Source: Paramoeba atlantica (lineage: Eukaryota > Protista > Discosea). From it: a stretch of DNA of 64,000 bases. A program made the position numbers and the translations under genes. Under the pieces are notes generated by a model. That model saw only the letters and a program-made list of their open reading frames with translations, was not told where the DNA came from and ran no database searches. The first letter of the stretch is position 1, and every line of letters begins with the position of its first letter. Below, piece by piece: positions 11,407 through 22,016 of the stretch. The DNA lies in assembly GCA_977017575.1 (NCBI GenBank), contig CDRNVI010000040.1:496001-560000 (forward strand), written 5' to 3'.

Positions 11407-13572
11407 ATGAAACAAAACGTTTCGGTCGCACGAGTCCTCAATCCTTTTACTAGCAAATTTCTCAATATTAAATCTCCGGAGTGGTTAAGGCTTCAAAAGT
11501 GGGGTTTCTCTCAGGATCCGAGTGGAAAAGTCGTCTTAAATAGTCCTGAAAAATTACAAACAATGGTTGAACATTATTCGGCTTCCATAAGCGCAGTCGG
11601 AAGTACAAACTTGAATGAACAGAAAGTACTCGCTGGCCAAGATACTGAGAATGGTCTACAAAGCAGCAAGTCTTGTTCTCGAACACAATCTCAGATTAAA
11701 GGTACGAAAAAATCTTGCATAAAACCATGTTCTTTGCTGTCTAGCCTAACTAAAGATCCATTAACTGCCGTAGACTCAGTCCAAAGGTTTCTTAAGAAGA
11801 TCAACGAGCAGTGCTCTGCGGTATTTACGCAAGAATTGCCATCTACTCTATCAGAAGAAGACCTATCTTCAGAACAAAAAAAGGTGTTACGCGTGGTTGA
11901 AGAGGGTCAATCGATTTACTTAACCGGTCCTCCCGGAACGGGAAAAACGGTTGTACTTAGGGTTATGGCACGTGTATTGCGTGAAAAAGGTTTATTGGTT
12001 GCTCTCACCGCAACAACTGGCATAGCAGCTCTGAACCTTGGAGGGCGTACCTTGCACCACACCCTGGGGATCAAGCCGGACGAAGAAAAAATGAATTTAA
12101 GTGTGTTACAGAGTATAGATGTTCTGATTATCGACGAAATTTCAATGATGGGCTCACAGCTTTTCGAAGCACTGGATGTCAACGCACGAAGTGTACGTGA
12201 CAAGGACAAAGTATTTGGTGGCGTCCAATTAATTCTGTCTGGGGACTTTCTTCAGCTCTTGCCACATTCTAGCTCTGCATTCTTCCTCCATCCCTTGTTC
12301 AAGACAAATTTTAAGGCGTATAGTCTGAAAGAAAATTTTCGTCAGCAACACACGCAATACTTAGAAATTTTGCGCTATATGCGGCATGGAAAATTACATC
12401 CGAAATTTTCACAAACGGTACGTGTTCTGGATTCTTTGAAAGATGCATCTAACGAAAAGACATCGTTGTTTCTTTTTCCTCGTCGGGCAGATGCCGAGTC
12501 CCACAATTCCGCGCAGCTTGAAAAACATAGTGGTGAGTTGTTCACCCTTGAGAGCTTTACTACGGAGCCGATGCTTCGAGGCATATGGACAAAGGTGCAT
12601 CAAATTGAGCACGCTCGCGCTACAGATGCAAGTCTTGTGTTGAATTGGCTAACAAATGAACTGCAACACAAATCTTCGAAACTTGTAGTTTCGCATTTGT
12701 ACGCCTATAATATTAATCCGAGTGTAATTGGTGTTCGATATTCATTCACTAATCAGGATCAAAGCGTGTTTTCGATCGATATGATGGCTAATGTGTCGGG
12801 TAAAGAAAACGATCCTGAAAGTGTGGACACTGATTCTACTTCCACTCGAGAAACTATTACTGATGAAGAGCGTTTTGAAGTTATCGGATCTTTGTCCGAA
12901 GCTCTTCGGGCGTATGCTGAGAGTCATCCTTGTCGAATCATTATTCGGGAACACGATACAAATATCGATGTCTCCCACAATACTCGGTCGGAATTGCTCC
13001 GCCTAGTGAAAACACAAAGTACTAACGAAACCACATCCGTCAAAATAGGTTGTAGAGTACTTTTAACTCGTAATCTGTCACAAACTTTGGTGAATGGTAT
13101 GACCGGTAATGTTAGTGGGATGGTGTCCGTCACTAAGCTGATTTCATGCCTTAATAAAAGGAACTTTGACAATCCATATTATTTGCGCCGTATGGCAAAA
13201 TTACTTCCTAGTACTATGGCAATTCCTGAAGTCGAGTTCGACACCGGACTGCGAATCCCTATTCCACCCGTTGTGCTTAGTTTCGGCGGGGCAGTTTATG
13301 ATTACTGTGAAGTACATCGCATGAGTTTTCCACTCTCCCTTGCGTATGCTTTAACAATTCACAAGTCTCAAGGTCTTACCATCTCTTGTCCGGTGGTGTT
13401 ACAATGCACGAAATCTTTCCCATGTGATCACATTATCTATGTTGCCTGCTCCCGAGTACGGGATCCATCGAAGCTTACAGTGGTTGGTCCTATTCAGAAA
13501 CATTTGAAGGTTAATAGTGCCGCATTGCAGCATGAGAAGGAGCTTCATTCACTCCCGCAGCAGTGCAATTGA
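11407..13572 (+). CDS. PIF1: PIF1-family DNA helicase
   Basis: GPPGTGKT, ATTGIAA, IIDEISM, LSGDFLQL, ENFRQ, KIGCRVLLTRNL, LAYALTIHKSQGLT, YVACSR. Confidence 0.93.
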   Translation: MKQNVSVARVLNPFTSKFLNIKSPEWLRLQKWGFSQDPSGKVVLNSPEKLQTMVEHYSASISAVGSTNLNEQKVLAGQDTENGLQSSKSCSRTQSQIKGTKKSCIKPCSLLSSLTKDPLTAVDSVQRFLKKINEQCSAVFTQELPSTLSEEDLSSEQKKVLRVVEEGQSIYLTGPPGTGKTVVLRVMARVLREKGLLVALTATTGIAALNLGGRTLHHTLGIKPDEEKMNLSVLQSIDVLIIDEISMMGSQLFEALDVNARSVRDKDKVFGGVQLILSGDFLQLLPHSSSAFFLHPLFKTNFKAYSLKENFRQQHTQYLEILRYMRHGKLHPKFSQTVRVLDSLKDASNEKTSLFLFPRRADAESHNSAQLEKHSGELFTLESFTTEPMLRGIWTKVHQIEHARATDASLVLNWLTNELQHKSSKLVVSHLYAYNINPSVIGVRYSFTNQDQSVFSIDMMANVSGKENDPESVDTDSTSTRETITDEERFEVIGSLSEALRAYAESHPCRIIIREHDTNIDVSHNTRSELLRLVKTQSTNETTSVKIGCRVLLTRNLSQTLVNGMTGNVSGMVSVTKLISCLNKRNFDNPYYLRRMAKLLPSTMAIPEVEFDTGLRIPIPPVVLSFGGAVYDYCEVHRMSFPLSLAYALTIHKSQGLTISCPVVLQCTKSFPCDHIIYVACSRVRDPSKLTVVGPIQKHLKVNSAALQHEKELHSLPQQCN

Positions 13573-14231
13573 AGCTGCAAAATTAAAGGAAATTCCAACT
13601 AAACGTTAGTCAGCGTGTACAATAGCACGTATTTTTACGGTTCCTTTGTTACATCAAAAAGGAATTCTCCGTTCGCCTTGCGTTTGTTTTCTCTATTCGC
13701 CCTGCATTTAGCGTACTGACGTTGCTAAGCTAAAATATATTTCAAAACTAACTGATTTTGTGTATACTTGCCACGTGCTCTGTTGAATTAATAATCTTGC
13801 TTCGATATATTTTTGTTTTGCTTTTTCTTGTTTTACTTTTAGTTGTTTTACTTTTAGTTGTTTTACTTTTACTACTCACTTTGCTTCTTCCCATTTTACT
13901 CTTTTCTCCTATTCTTTTCTCCTAAAGGTAAAAACCACATTTTCTGTGGGTAAAAGAAACGCATGGGTGCACAAGATGTACATGTATGTACATCTTGTAT
14001 CTCCTTTTTCCCATTATATTTTTGTTCTTCCATTATATATTTTTGTTCTTCCAATTCCTCCATCATATTTATATAAATCTGGTCTTTATTGTTTTTTAAT
14101 GTATCATTCGCATACTAAATTGTGGTTCAGTTCTTTTTTACGCAATTATACTAAGTATGTAGACGAGAAGAAATGTAGGATTTTTTACTAGGTAAACCTC
14201 TTTTTCAGCTTACGAAATTCTTCATAAAAAA

Positions 14232-14540
14232 TTGAGTGCTGTTCAACGAACAACGCCTCCTAAATTACAAAACTGGATTCCCTGGTGCGAAATTGAACAC
14301 CATTTCTCATTGGACAATGCGTGGATAATATACCACGGATCAGTATACGATATTACAGAATGGATTCCAATGCATCCAGGTGGTCAAAAAATCTTGCTAC
14401 CCTACCTCGGGCGAGACATCAGCCAAATTTTTGATAAAGTGCATGGATACGTGAATCTTGAAGTTTTTCTCAAAAAATTTCATTTGGGCTATCTCGATCC
14501 TATTTCCATACCTCGGCACATTTCAAAAGCCTCTGCGTAA
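14232..14540 (+). CDS. cytochrome b5-like heme-binding domain protein (no in-frame ATG before the domain)
   Basis: AWIIYHGSVYDITEWIPMHPGG ... GRDISQIFDKVHG. The ORF starts at TTG; there is an in-frame TAA at 14193 and no ATG in between. Confidence 0.75.
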   Translation: MSAVQRTTPPKLQNWIPWCEIEHHFSLDNAWIIYHGSVYDITEWIPMHPGGQKILLPYLGRDISQIFDKVHGYVNLEVFLKKFHLGYLDPISIPRHISKASA

Positions 14541-14920
14541 AATGCACAATAGCATAAAGCAACTGTGAGATCAGCTAAAACTATCCAGGATTATCCGTAA
14601 ATAAAATGCAATAGAGCGTAGAAATCATGGAAAATTAAAGATGAATGAGATGAAAAGTTTCAGCAAAGCGAAACATGTTATTGATGTTGATTACATGTGA
14701 AGGTTTCGATACCTATTACTCGTAGTTCCACTATCCGAACTCGACTAAAAGAAGAACTATATAAAACTGCGATTGAAACGTGTTTACGCCATTCGATATA
14801 CCAATGGAGGGCATTATATTTTTATAGCATGTTTAGTTAGGTTTTTTCATCGAATCTATAACGTTGCCTTTGTTTTTTCCTTTTGCGAAAAATGTTATAG
14901 AAAAAATACTTTTCTAATTA

Positions 14921-15330
14921 CGGTGGTTGTATAACTACAGCTCTACCCTCGATTATTGCAAAAAACGTGAACAAAAACAGTGAAAATATAAAGAGAAACA
15001 CAGTAATATAACAAAAAAAAGATGTAAAATGGGGCTCCGGTGGTCCAAAATTGAAAAAAATGGGGGGCCTAGGGGGGGACCCAGGGGGGGCGGCATACGT
15101 CAAGAAATTCTTTTCGAATTTTTTGCTTTTCAAAATCGAGCGCAGGGAAGTGGTACATGTAGAGTACGCCGCGGCGATATTTTCCATCCCCCCCTGGGGT
15201 ACCCCCCCTGGTACGCGCAGGAGGGGTTCGACAAGGCCAAAATTTCCGAAATTTTTGGGACGATCCAAAAAAAAGCAACAATATTATTTTTCCAAAATCG
15301 ACTCCTAAAACGTATTTTGAGAGTTTGGGC
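14921..15330 (+). repeat. dispersed ~400-bp repeat, copy 1
   Basis: Shares ctctaccctcgattattg...aaaacagtgaaaatata...ggggctccggtggtccaaaa...ggggg and later gcgcagggaagtggta and tatttttccaaaatcg with the copies at 19425-20295 and 21176-21406. Confidence 0.9.
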
Positions 15331-15497
15331 CCTCAGCTACCATTCTACGACGTTTTTTTGACAGATTCGCTTCCTGCCCCGACTGGTAAGGCATCCAAAA
15401 CTACCCAAACTCGGGTTAAAATTTCGCAATTTTCGCCTAAAACTCGAGCTTTTTCACCCAAAAAAAATGATTATTCATGATCTTTTGGAAATTTTTC

Positions 15498-15606
15498 TTT
15501 TTTAGGCTCTTCGTTAAACGCGGTGGTAGTTTTCAACGCGAAGCGCGCAGCATGAGTGACTTCTAAGTTGAAAACAGCCACCGCGTTTAACGAAGAGCCT
15601 AAAAAA
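15498..15606. mobile_element. ~110-bp hairpin/MITE-like element, copy 1
   Basis: 40-bp arms ttttttaggctcttcgttaaacgcggtggtagttttcaac / gttgaaaacagccaccgcgtttaacgaagagcctaaaaaa (2 mismatches) around a 29-nt loop. A second copy is at 25095-25203. Confidence 0.8.
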
Positions 15607-15718
15607 TATTTATATCGTTTTATTTTTATTTTTTTTGATAGTCTGGGATCATTTTTTTCGTTGTTTTGTACCTATCATATCTATTAAAAGTAGTGAATTC
15701 TTGCCCAGTTACTCATTC

Positions 15719-16624
15719 ATGATTTATCTTCCTGCTGCAAGTGGACTATCTCTTGTTGTCGCGGCGCAAAAAGATAATCAATATATGGAATCCATTAGAG
15801 AGCGCGTGGTAGATCTCTTAACCAGGCTTCTTGGCGGTCGGCTCGTCAATTTATGGGAGAACGAAATTCTTTACTTATTGGCCCCCTTAGCGTATTTCGC
15901 TCCTTCTGCTGTGTCTAGGCGTTCTACTTTAGGAGAGGAGCACAGTGAAATTCTGCCATTTCCTCCTTTCCGAAATCGATTACTGGGCGCTCTTTTGATT
16001 TCTACGTGCGGACAGTACATTTTTTTGCGGTTATTTCCTAGAGGAAAAGCTATATTCGAATATTTTCAACAGCTTCACTTAGCTATTTTTTATGTCGCGC
16101 AAAAGTATCGCGATTTCGGAAAAAGAGTTGTTGGTATATTTTATGTCAGCATCGCTAGAAGAATTCTTCATGCGCGGGATAGCTCGTCGGCTACTTTATC
16201 CTTTCTAGGTATTCTTCTGTTTGTGCAATTGCTTGTTCAACTACGCAATGCGATGCGCAAAAGTACTTTTCAAGCCATATTAACGTCCTTAAGAAGGCTT
16301 AGCGGAATTTTTCTTGGTCCGAAGAGGCAACTTGAAAATATTACCTGTATAAGCGACGAAAATCCTTTCGTACTAGAACAAAAATCCGTTCTCTTTTCCA
16401 ATTCTTCTAATATTTCAAAGCAAGGGTGCAGTGCACCAGAATGTACTCTATGTCTGGGGCCAAGGCAATTTCCTACCGCTACTCTATGTGGGCATATTTT
16501 CTGTTGGGATTGCGTTCTTTCTCTATGTTCGGCAAACTCTGGAAATGCGCAGTGTCCGTTGTGTCGTCAACCGGTGCAGCCACAGCATCTCGCGCCCATC
16601 TCTTCGCACTACGAACCACGTTAG
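15719..16624 (+). CDS. PEX10: peroxin 10 (Pex2/Pex12 N-terminal domain + C3HC4 RING)
   Basis: AAQKDNQY, TLGEEHSEI (cf. TLGEEY), C-terminal CTLCLGPRQFPTATLCGHIFCWDCV...CPLCR. First ATG at 15719. Confidence 0.85.
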   Translation: MIYLPAASGLSLVVAAQKDNQYMESIRERVVDLLTRLLGGRLVNLWENEILYLLAPLAYFAPSAVSRRSTLGEEHSEILPFPPFRNRLLGALLISTCGQYIFLRLFPRGKAIFEYFQQLHLAIFYVAQKYRDFGKRVVGIFYVSIARRILHARDSSSATLSFLGILLFVQLLVQLRNAMRKSTFQAILTSLRRLSGIFLGPKRQLENITCISDENPFVLEQKSVLFSNSSNISKQGCSAPECTLCLGPRQFPTATLCGHIFCWDCVLSLCSANSGNAQCPLCRQPVQPQHLAPISSHYEPR

Positions 16625-16819
16625 CAAGAATTGAATTCTGTCAATGATAACCTCTTTCTCATACGAATGATCTTTTGTTCATAGTAGTGTAACATTCAAG
16701 TAATTGGTACTAGAACATCACTTCTTACTAAAATCGAACTTAATATTTAGTCACAGCCGACTAATCAATTTTTTTAATTACGTTGCTTATTTTGTTCTGC
16801 TACTAATACAGTACTTAAA

Positions 16820-18058
16820 ATGTCAAAGCCCTGGGTTGAGAAGTACCGACCACGTGCGCTACAAGATATATGCTCGCAAGAAGCAGTCGTCAATGCATTG
16901 CAGGAGTGTATCAGCACTCCAACTAAAGCGGCTGCACTTCCCCATTTATTGTTCCACGGCCCAGCAGGTACGGGGAAAACAACTACGGCTCTGTCATTGG
17001 CTCGTCAACTTTTCGGCCACAACCCTGAAACTCTATCTGTTCGTGTTCGCGAGCTGAACGCGTCGGATGATCGTGGCATTGCTGTAATTCGAGAAAAGGT
17101 GAAACGCTTTGTACAAAATGCCGTAGGAAATTGTGCATCTCGAAACCAACGCAGCTTAGTATTTTCGAAATCTGGATCTACTGGACCTGGTCTGTCTTCT
17201 GATACTCTTACAAACGAAGCCCCTCTACCACCGTTCAAATTAGTGATACTTGACGAGGCTGATGCACTTCTACCAGATGCGCAAGCAGCGCTGCGTCGTA
17301 TGATGGAGGATTATGCCGCCAGCACTCGTTTTATTCTAATGTGCAACTATCTTTCTCGCATTATTGATCCAATTACCTCACGCTGTGTCAAATATCGTTT
17401 TCGTTCTCTTCCAAAGGAGGCAGTTCTTGAACGTCTGGGTCACATTTGTATCTCAGAAGGGTACGACATTTCTAGTGCACAAGAAATTACGGATGACACT
17501 ACTGCGCAACGTAAGGCATCAGACGAAACTGGAAATTTTTTTGAACTTTTATTTGAATCCTCAGGTGGAGACATGCGAAATGCCATCACACAGTTACAAA
17601 GCGTTGTAGAATATTCTAAGCCGAAGACGACAACAAAAGAAGTAAGCAACGGCAGTGTTTTGCGCTTACCTACGACCTCGGAGTTGTGCGCCGTCTTAAA
17701 TATTATTCCTGATGAAATCCTTTTAGGGTATATGTATCGAGGCTTGTTTTCAAGAAACTTTGATGATTTACAGCGTGAAACTAAAATTTTGTTGCAGCAA
17801 GGCTATGGTGCGAGTCAAGTTCTTTATCATCTTTTACCCTTTTTCTCGGGTGCCCGGGATACCGGAAGTTGCTCTAAAAATTTTATGGAAACTGATGATG
17901 TATGTTTTCAAACTCTTTGTTCTCTTTCGAATGTCCAGCGCGCTCGTATTTGTGAAAAGTTTGCTGATGTAGATAAGAGGCTTATGGACGGGGCGGACGA
18001 AACTATTCAACTGCTGGATGTTGGGTGTGCAATTCTTCAAATTGTAGAAAGGAAGTAA
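16820..18058 (+). CDS. RFC4: replication factor C small subunit (human RFC4 / yeast Rfc2 type)
   Basis: [43 protein letters not shown]...[21 protein letters not shown]. Confidence 0.92.
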   Translation: MSKPWVEKYRPRALQDICSQEAVVNALQECISTPTKAAALPHLLFHGPAGTGKTTTALSLARQLFGHNPETLSVRVRELNASDDRGIAVIREKVKRFVQNAVGNCASRNQRSLVFSKSGSTGPGLSSDTLTNEAPLPPFKLVILDEADALLPDAQAALRRMMEDYAASTRFILMCNYLSRIIDPITSRCVKYRFRSLPKEAVLERLGHICISEGYDISSAQEITDDTTAQRKASDETGNFFELLFESSGGDMRNAITQLQSVVEYSKPKTTTKEVSNGSVLRLPTTSELCAVLNIIPDEILLGYMYRGLFSRNFDDLQRETKILLQQGYGASQVLYHLLPFFSGARDTGSCSKNFMETDDVCFQTLCSLSNVQRARICEKFADVDKRLMDGADETIQLLDVGCAILQIVERK

Positions 18059-18515
18059 TAGTTCCTATTTTTCGTACCTTTTTAAAAGAGTTCTGTGTTA
18101 CTTCCTGCTTTTTATTAGGCCCTTTATTACGCTAAGAGCAACACAGGTACACAAGTTGGAGTCTACAAGTTGCATGTACAGTTGTACAAGTTGCATGCAA
18201 CTGTATGTGGGCTGCGTGTCGCGTCTTGTATTATGGGGCTAAGATTCCTTCTGTAACTTTTTATCTAGAACGTAAATGCAGTACCGCAATTTAATACGAA
18301 TTGATGAAAGTTGGCCTCCTAATGTACTGATCAATCTTTGCAGATGCCTCTTTTGTTTTCTAAGATCAGTCACAGTCTTGTACTACTCTTTTTTGCTTTT
18401 GTATTTAGCTTGCCTGTGATACAGGTCCCACTTTAAATGGCTGTTGGTATTGCTGTATCCCCTTTTATTGCATAATTTTTCTCTTATTACGCCTCTTTTC
18501 TCCTCCTCTTACGCC

Positions 18516-19046
18516 ATGTCAACTCAACAGATCCCGAAATCGACTGGGGATGCAGAGTCATACGTTCCGTATCAGATTCCGGCTCCGAATTTGGCTTTGG
18601 TTTACATTTACTGGACTCTGGCTACAACGATGTTATCTCTGACAAGTTACATATGGTGGGTAAGGGTACACATGGGCCGTCTTACTTTTCTCTTTTCGCG
18701 CACAAACTTGGGAATGTTGATCGTTGCTCAATGTACGTTTTGGTTCATCAGTGGCCCATTTTCTATAGCTGCTAACACGAGTCCCTGTGGAAGCCGAGAA
18801 CGACGTAGGAACCTTTACAAGGGGATGACGGCATATTATTTCTTAGCAGATCTCCCGCTATGGATAATTGACATGTATTTGTTGTATCAATACGGTTGGT
18901 TTCATATCTGGCAGGGAATTTCTACCGTCAGTCGGTGTATCAGTTTTTTGATTCATTCATTTTTGCTATGGATGAAATACTTACTTATTGTGAGTGACTA
19001 TCTGCATGATCGAGTTCTCAGTTATGATTGTGTTAATGTAGACTAA
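18516..19046 (+). CDS. small multi-pass membrane protein, unknown function
   Basis: ATG at 18516 (MSTQQIPK); about four hydrophobic segments. Confidence 0.6.
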   Translation: MSTQQIPKSTGDAESYVPYQIPAPNLALVYIYWTLATTMLSLTSYIWWVRVHMGRLTFLFSRTNLGMLIVAQCTFWFISGPFSIAANTSPCGSRERRRNLYKGMTAYYFLADLPLWIIDMYLLYQYGWFHIWQGISTVSRCISFLIHSFLLWMKYLLIVSDYLHDRVLSYDCVNVD

Positions 19047-19208
19047 TAGAGGGAAAACTCTCCGCATATGCGAGTTTCTTCTAACTTAAATAAACCACAC
19101 GTCACGATACCTGACTTTAGCCTAACCTTTGGTATATGAGGCTGATTTAGCTAATTCTTGTTGCAATTTGCATATCTCAATACAATGTATTGAAAAACCT
19201 ATGATGTA

Positions 19209-19257
19209 TGTATGAGAACCTATGTATGAGAAACCTATGTATTGAGAAGCCTATGTA
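19209..19257 (+). repeat. short degenerate tandem repeat (acctatgtatgagaa-like)
   Basis: gtatgagaacctatgtatgagaaacctatgtattgagaagcctatgt. Confidence 0.65.
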
Positions 19258-19424
19258 GCGACTAGGCTAGTCACACTCCTGGCGAAAATGAAGGATCCCT
19301 GGCATGCCCTTCATCGACCATATCCCCCCTTTTTTTGAGATTTTCTCACCCTCCTCGATCCACCCTACCCCGAACAGCATAGAGAAGAAAGAGGTTGTGA
19401 ACAACCACCGCAATATAATACAAT

Positions 19425-20295
19425 TGCGGTGGTTGTAAAACTACCGCTCTACCCTCGATTATTGAAAAAGTGAACAAAAAACAGTGAAAATATAAAGAGG
19501 AACACAGTAATATAATAGAAGAAAAAAATATAAAAGGGGGCTCCGGTGGTCCAAAACTGAAAAAAAAAATTAAAAAAAATGGGGGGTCTAGGGGGGCACC
19601 CGCAACCTTATCTGTCATAGAAACTCGCACCCTTATCTGTCATAAATGCATCCTTATCTGTCATAAATGCACCCTTATCTGTCATAAATGCACCCTTATC
19701 TGTCATAATGCACCCTTATCTGTCATACTGCACCCTTATCTGTCATAATACAATTGAAATAAATGAGCGTCCAAAAGAAGTTCTTGGGAACGCTTCCCCA
19801 CTGAGCCTCCACAGAGATTTTAAAGTATCGCCCTCCGCTCTTGTATGACTCTCCCGACTCTGAGAATTCTCATGAAGCGGTTTCATCTGCTGGTGAAGAA
19901 GCGATTGTTAGCACCTTGGAAGTCGTGCGCAATCTTGCTACAATGGACAGATAAGGGTGCGAGTTTCTATGACAGATAAGGGTGCCGCGTTTATGACAGA
20001 TAAGGGTGCGAGTCGGGGGGGTCCATGGGAGGGGGGGGTCGAGCAAATTTTTTTGAAAAACTTATTTTTCGAAAAAAAAACGCAGAAGTGGTAGCCGGGG
20101 TCTTGGCGCGTATTTTCCACCCCCCTACCCGGGGGTGACCCCCCCCCTCGTATGCGCACGACGGGTCCGGTAAGTTCGGATTTTTTCGGAATTTTTTTTT
20201 TGAAAAAAACTTCAACTTGGCGAAAAAAATGGCAAAAAAAATATTTTTCCAAAATCGTTTCCCCTATTGTATTTTTAAAGTATGGGACCTATAAA
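19425..20295 (+). repeat. dispersed ~400-bp repeat, copy 2, interrupted by foldback element A
   Basis: 19425-19600 matches the 5' half of copy 1; about 20015-20295 matches its 3' half (cgcagaagtggta...tattttccaccccc...gtatgcgcac...tatttttccaaaatcg). Confidence 0.82.
19597..20014. mobile_element. foldback-type element A (inverted arrays of ~20-25-bp subrepeats)
   Basis: 7 direct copies of core ccttatctgt (19606-19743) and 3 inverted copies acagataagg (19947-20005) around a ~195-bp unique spacer; G6 runs on both sides. Confidence 0.8.
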
Positions 20296-21175
20296 CCCCT
20301 CGACACGAATAAAGCACCCCCCTTTATTTTTTGCGTGCGGGGACCCATGGGGGTTGCATGTCATACCACAATAGTAGAACTGCCATCTTTTCATTTGTTC
20401 TCTCACGCACTATCCACACGAAAGCGGGGGGCATTTGTGTAGTACAGCGTACTAATTGAGCATCGTACCCCGTTGGAGCACAAAGTAGTAATATGACCCA
20501 TGCTGTGCACTGAGCAATGTATGAGACCCATGAAAATCCCATTGGTAGTCCTCATTTCGAATATTCTTCCGCAACATCTAGTGGAAAATATTTGCCCACT
20601 AAGCTTGGAATCCTAATTTAATGAAATCAATGTCTGAGGTCTGCGGTGAGGAAGCTTCCATTCGGAAAACAAGAAAGAACATACAATAAACAATCTCTTC
20701 CAAAAGGAGAAAATTGACTCCTGGTGGAGGCGCGCACATCTCCTTTACAGGACTTGCATCTACTGTATTCCTTGAGCCTCCAGAGCTTTTCCGCACCTCG
20801 AAATACCTCAGAAACACTCTGGAATGTTTGTGCGAATCATATACCTCGTGAAGGACTCCCCATTTTGCCAGCGGTAATAAATTGGATAGCCATTTTTTTA
20901 TCCGTGCTACACCCGGCAGAGTTTGTCAAAGGTGACTGAGACAGAAAGGAGATAAACGTAACGGGGTCACCCAGTGCAAGGAGGCAATCCAATGCCCACT
21001 GCAACCCAAACGCTTTTGTCCAGGCTTCCGCACTTCGTATGCACAGACTACGAGCGACCTCGATAGGATCTAAGATACCTAAAGATGGACGGAGAGGCTC
21101 CAGATGCAATCAATAATTGCTCGCATATGCATGACGTATGAGTGGGTATAAGGGGCCCATTTAACAATGTGACAT

Positions 21176-21406
21176 TGCGGTGGTTGCATAACTGCCGCTC
21201 TACCCTCGATTATTGAAAAACAAGTGAACAAAAACAGTGAAAATATAGAAACACAGTAATATAATAGAAGAAAAAAATATAAAAGGGGGCTCCGGTGGTC
21301 CAAAATTGAATAAACAAATTGAAAAAAATGGGGGGTCCAGGGGGGGGCATACGTCGCGAAATTTTTTTTCGAATTTTTTGCTTTTCGAAATCGAGCGCAG
21401 GGAAGT
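21176..21406 (+). repeat. dispersed ~400-bp repeat, copy 3 (3'-truncated)
   Basis: tgcggtggttgcataactgccgctctaccctcgattattg ... gagcgcagggaagt aligns with 14921-15150. Confidence 0.88.
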
Positions 21407-21569
21407 TTATGGTTTTTTTTGAAAATCATATTCCCTTAATTAGTGTAATTCTTAATTAATGTTTCCACGGTAATTGGAATGTATGACAGTATACATCTTC
21501 GTACCCTCTTCAACACCACATCACTTTCCTAACTTCCGCCTTAGATTCATACGAATTTTCAATTAAATC

Positions 21570-21860
21570 TCAGACGAGTGCTATGTAGGTCGACATGATT
21601 TTAGGGAAAATATCCTCTTGCATCCAACCGGGTCCTGTTACGTGAGCGTAAATCTTCCCCAAATGGCTTCCAATGCTCTTGAGGTCCTTTAAAGTACCTG
21701 AGTTCTCTTCCTTGGTTGACCAGAAAAAGACGGTTGAGGGAAGTGTAAGTTTCTTGGAAGTATAAGGGGAGTGCTGATTCATTGTCTGCAATGAAAATGT
21801 AGGTATAAAGGGAGGGATCACCCTCTAAAATATAAAAGGGGATCACAGTACTATCCAAAT
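21570..21860 (-). pseudogene. possible frameshifted pogo/Tc5-like DDE_1 transposase relic
   Basis: Two overlapping frames give TYIFIADNESALPLYF and IYAHVTGPGWMQEDIFPKIMSTYI, which resemble DDE_1 blocks. No catalytic triad was seen. Confidence 0.25.
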
Positions 21861-21927
21861 TCTTCCGATATGACAATGATATTTTTCTATCTCCCGTATT
21901 ACTTGCTGCGGGTAACACCGAGTACCA

Positions 21928-22016
21928 TGCATACGGTACGCGAGTACGGTACTCGGGTACTCAAGGCCCTAGGTACTCATTTGAGTACCCGAGTACCGTA
22001 CTCGCGAATGTATGCA
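21928..22016. repeat. perfect 26-bp inverted repeat hairpin with outer 7-bp stem
   Basis: cgcgagtacggtactcgggtactcaa (21939-21964) / ttgagtacccgagtaccgtactcgcg (21981-22006), 16-nt loop; outer tgcatac/gtatgca. Confidence 0.92.

Noticed and set aside
14192-14208. 17-nt GT...AG mini-intron that might supply an ATG to the cytochrome b5 ORF
   Set aside because: The nearest upstream ATG is followed immediately by TAG, and no other gene in the window needs cis-splicing.
15222-15240. ggttcga resembling a tRNA T-loop/B-box
   Set aside because: No cloverleaf and an imperfect consensus; it lies inside the dispersed repeat.
14918-21429. Similar small minus-strand ORFs (…IIEGRAVV(I/L)QPP) at 14918, 19346 and 21079
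   Set aside because: They are translations of the dispersed repeat with differing frames and lengths; there is no sign of coding constraint.
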